From assembly GCA_045047115.1 (NCBI GenBank), contig JASFYR010000004.1, positions 1-10,320 on the forward strand: a DNA stretch of 10,320 nt, written 5' to 3'. This stretch comes from Sulfurospirillum sp. (GTDB lineage Bacteria > Campylobacterota > Campylobacteria > Campylobacterales > Sulfurospirillaceae). Below are positions 8,046 through 10,320 of the stretch, piece after piece; the stretch's first letter is position 1, and each line of letters begins with the position of its first letter. Made by a program: the position numbers and the translations under genes. The notes beneath the pieces were generated by a model. That model saw only the letters and a program-made list of their open reading frames with translations. It did not search any database and had not been told where the DNA came from.

Positions 8046-8064
8046 GGACAAAAAGGAGCTTATC

Positions 8065-10320
8065 TTGAGAATTTTATTTTTATTTATCTTTAGCATCAGT
8101 TGTATATATGCAAATATAGGTGTGGTAGTTGACAGTGTTGGTAGCTCGACTCTCCTTAGAAGCGGGGAGCTTCTTAAGGTAATCCAAAAAACAAAAATCA
8201 AAGTACACGATACGATTTTTACCAAAAAAGGTGCCAGGGTAAAGATATTTTTCAAAGATGATACAGTAGTCTCTCTTGGCGAAAGGACATCTTTTGAGGT
8301 AGACAGCTATTTTTATAAAGATAATGATAAAAAATCAAATGTAAAATTCAGAGTTCTAAAAGGTTTTTTTAAAGCCGTAACCGGAAAGATAAGCAAGATA
8401 GCCCCACAAAGATTTAAACTGCAAACAAAAAATGCAACGATAGGTATAAGAGGGACGGTTTTCGCTGCCCAAGTGGGTGACAAGGTGGATGTTACTATCT
8501 GTACAGATGGTACTATAGTGATCACAACTGAGACAGGAAGTTATGAGCTAAGCAAAGGGGGAGTGGCTCGAGTCTCAAAATCAGCTCCACCTAAAATTTC
8601 AAAATATTCACAAAAATTAAAAAAAGAGATTGTAAAAAAATCTGGTTGGCAAGGAAGCATGACTCAAAATGAGTTAAAAAAATATATCGAAAAAATTTTT
8701 AAAGAACCTGTAAAGAGCCAACTGTTAGGCGCAATAGATAATATATTTAAAAAAGACAGTAGTGAAAAAAGAGGAACAGAAAGCGCAAAAAATGATTCCA
8801 AAAATAAAACGGCAGATGCTGAGAGTATAGGATTTATAGATGACATAACTATAAATGGCAGAGAGTTTGATGAACTCCCACGCCATATCGAGTTTTATAC
8901 AGAAGATTTAAAAGGCGGAAAAGTCACTATAAGCGGATTGTTGGAGAGTGACAAGAAGAGTGTCCCTGTAGATGACCTTTCGGTAGCTGTCAGTCTTGAT
9001 GGAGGTGATACATGGAAGATTGCAAACGGACATGCAGATTGGGAGTATAAATTTTATCCAAAGATAGGCAAGACATATGAACTATCACTAAAGGTAGTAA
9101 AAAAATCCACTTCAGATACACAAGATAACTCCAATGATATGGATATACCTCATATTTTAAATATAAATGGTTTTATACTTACTTTGGGAGATGATGTTAG
9201 CATAGAAAATGGAAGACTAAGAGGTAGCGGTACCCTTTTTATCCCAATTTTGCAAACTATAAGCTCGACTGCAAGCATAGATGTAAATTTTAACAATCTA
9301 CAATTTTCAAATGGTGTGGTTACAGTAGGTGATATAGAGTATAACGAAGCAATAAATCTTCAGACAGATGTGGCTGATATAAGTATCAGTAAGTTGACAG
9401 TGTCGCCTGTTATAGCGAACAATAAGATAGAAGGAAAGGTAACATTCAAGGGTGATTTTTCTTTTCTTCCTGCGATAAATTTAGCAGATACATCCGCCCT
9501 GCTTCCATCATCTTTCTCCCTTGTCGTTCCCGTGCAGGTACAGGAGTTTTCCATATTGCCATCACACAGTGTAAAGTTTATATTGAGTTCGGGAAACATC
9601 AAGATAAATTATGCCTTGGGAGACAGTACTCCGACTCTGGATATATCTTCACTAAATGCGAAATTGGACTTTGGAGATATTCTTCAAACTGCAGTAGGCA
9701 GTGCATCCTCAGTTGTTGCAAATTTGCAGAGTATCGCAAGTAGTGCAGGTTCTTACGCGCTGAATTTGGAGAGAGGTGTAAAAGCTTATCTTTATGGCAA
9801 AAGTATATTATTGGAGAATCTTGGTCTGAGTTTTAATATAAAAGATAAGTCTGTACATGTAGAGAGTGGTATAGATTTTAGTGGGTATGATAACCCTGTG
9901 GCAGAACGCATAACAGATGCGACTATGAGTGCAGATATAAGCCCTGGCGGATTTAGTGGTGAGATAAGTGCATCGGCATCACTTGAGCCTATAGTTATAC
10001 TTGAGCGAGGAGGAGTGGGTAAAGATGTTAGGATTACTTTTGGCGAGAATACATCTGTAAGCCTCAGTCTTGGTGATTCGGATGTGGATATAGACTTTGA
10101 AGGCTTTGATATGAGCGTTGATTTTGGTGATGTCCTAAAGAGTGGTACTGAAAATGTCGGCTCTATTGTGGCAAATTTAAGCAAGATTGACGGTGCATAT
10201 TTTTTAAATTTACCCCAAGGCACAAAAGCATATCTCTTAGGACAAAATATTCTCTTGGAAGGCTTGGATTTAAGCTTCGATATGGATAAAAAATCCGTAC
10301 ATATAAGCAGTAGTGTGGAT
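8065..10320 (+). CDS. Large secreted FecR-domain protein with Ig-like domain and ~150-aa beta-rich repeats (3'-truncated by window end; absent from ORF track)
   Basis: Manual translation: RBS AAGGAG (8053-8058), TTG 8065, then 752 codons with no stop. Signal peptide MRILFLFIFSISCIYA. FecR-like region (DTIFTKKGARVKIFFKDDTVVSLGERT...VLKGFFKAVTGKI...FKLQTKNATIGIRGTVF). Ig-like region (VTISG...VAVSLDGGDTWKIANGHADWEYKF). Internal repeat in the 3' part. Confidence 0.88.
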   Translation, partial: MRILFLFIFSISCIYANIGVVVDSVGSSTLLRSGELLKVIQKTKIKVHDTIFTKKGARVKIFFKDDTVVSLGERTSFEVDSYFYKDNDKKSNVKFRVLKGFFKAVTGKISKIAPQRFKLQTKNATIGIRGTVFAAQVGDKVDVTICTDGTIVITTETGSYELSKGGVARVSKSAPPKISKYSQKLKKEIVKKSGWQGSMTQNELKKYIEKIFKEPVKSQLLGAIDNIFKKDSSEKRGTESAKNDSKNKTADAESIGFIDDITINGREFDELPRHIEFYTEDLKGGKVTISGLLESDKKSVPVDDLSVAVSLDGGDTWKIANGHADWEYKFYPKIGKTYELSLKVVKKSTSDTQDNSNDMDIPHILNINGFILTLGDDVSIENGRLRGSGTLFIPILQTISSTASIDVNFNNLQFSNGVVTVGDIEYNEAINLQTDVADISISKLTVSPVIANNKIEGKVTFKGDFSFLPAINLADTSALLPSSFSLVVPVQVQEFSILPSHSVKFILSSGNIKINYALGDSTPTLDISSLNAKLDFGDILQTAVGSASSVVANLQSIASSAGSYALNLERGVKAYLYGKSILLENLGLSFNIKDKSVHVESGIDFSGYDNPVAERITDATMSADISPGGFSGEISASASLEPIVILERGGVGKDVRITFGENTSVSLSLGDSDVDIDFEGFDMSVDFGDVLKSGTENVGSIVANLSKIDGAYFLNLPQGTKAYLLGQNILLEGLDLSFDMDKKSVHISSSVD
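9616..10320 (+). repeat. Diverged intragenic repeat, period ~148-151 aa (444-453 nt)
   Basis: LGDS..(13 aa)..DFGD begins at 9616 and at 10069. KAYLYGKSILLENLGLSFNIKDKSVHVESGID (9781-9876) vs KAYLLGQNILLEGLDLSFDMDKKSVHISSSVD (10225-10320) are 19/32 identical. Confidence 0.85.

Noticed and set aside
8992..9015. SLDGGDTW matches the Asp-box/BNR motif SxDxGxTW
   Set aside because: Single copy followed by A.G...W.Y.F. This fits an Ig-like domain rather than a multi-repeat sialidase propeller.
9855..9867. 13-nt exact reverse complement of 8027-8039
   Set aside because: A match of this length is plausible by chance in 10 kb of AT-rich DNA, and it lies in coding sequence.
8025..10223. Minus-strand ORFs 8025-8255, 8313-8525, 8664-8846, 9360-9602, 9792-10223
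   Set aside because: Antisense to the uninterrupted + strand ORF from 8065, which the track presumably omitted because its stop lies outside the window.
1..10320. CRISPR array, tRNA/rRNA, transposase or integrase
   Set aside because: No repeat-spacer array, structural RNA signature or mobile-element ORF seen.

Overview
AT-rich bacterial chromosomal window, most likely Campylobacterota (long Campylobacter/Helicobacter-type DapD, TGnTATAAT-style promoters). All credible genes are on the + strand. The left part is housekeeping: dapD and a YbiT-like ABC-F ATPase. Next is a two-component pair, a 7TM-DISM/HisKA_2 sensor kinase and a REC + OmpR-type winged-helix regulator. After an intergenic region with an 11-bp-period direct repeat comes an uncharacterised envelope gene cluster: (i) a secreted NTF2/SnoaL-like + CARDB protein, (ii) a ~520-aa outer-membrane beta-barrel ending in Phe, and (iii) a large ORF missing from the supplied ORF track (TTG 8065 to the window end, at least 752 codons, no stop). 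That ORF has a signal peptide, a FecR-like domain, an Ig-like domain and ~150-aa beta-rich repeats. The cluster is the best candidate for an undescribed system, possibly a dedicated export/surface-display or trans-envelope module controlled by the adjacent two-component pair. Domain calls come from manual motif recognition, not database searches.
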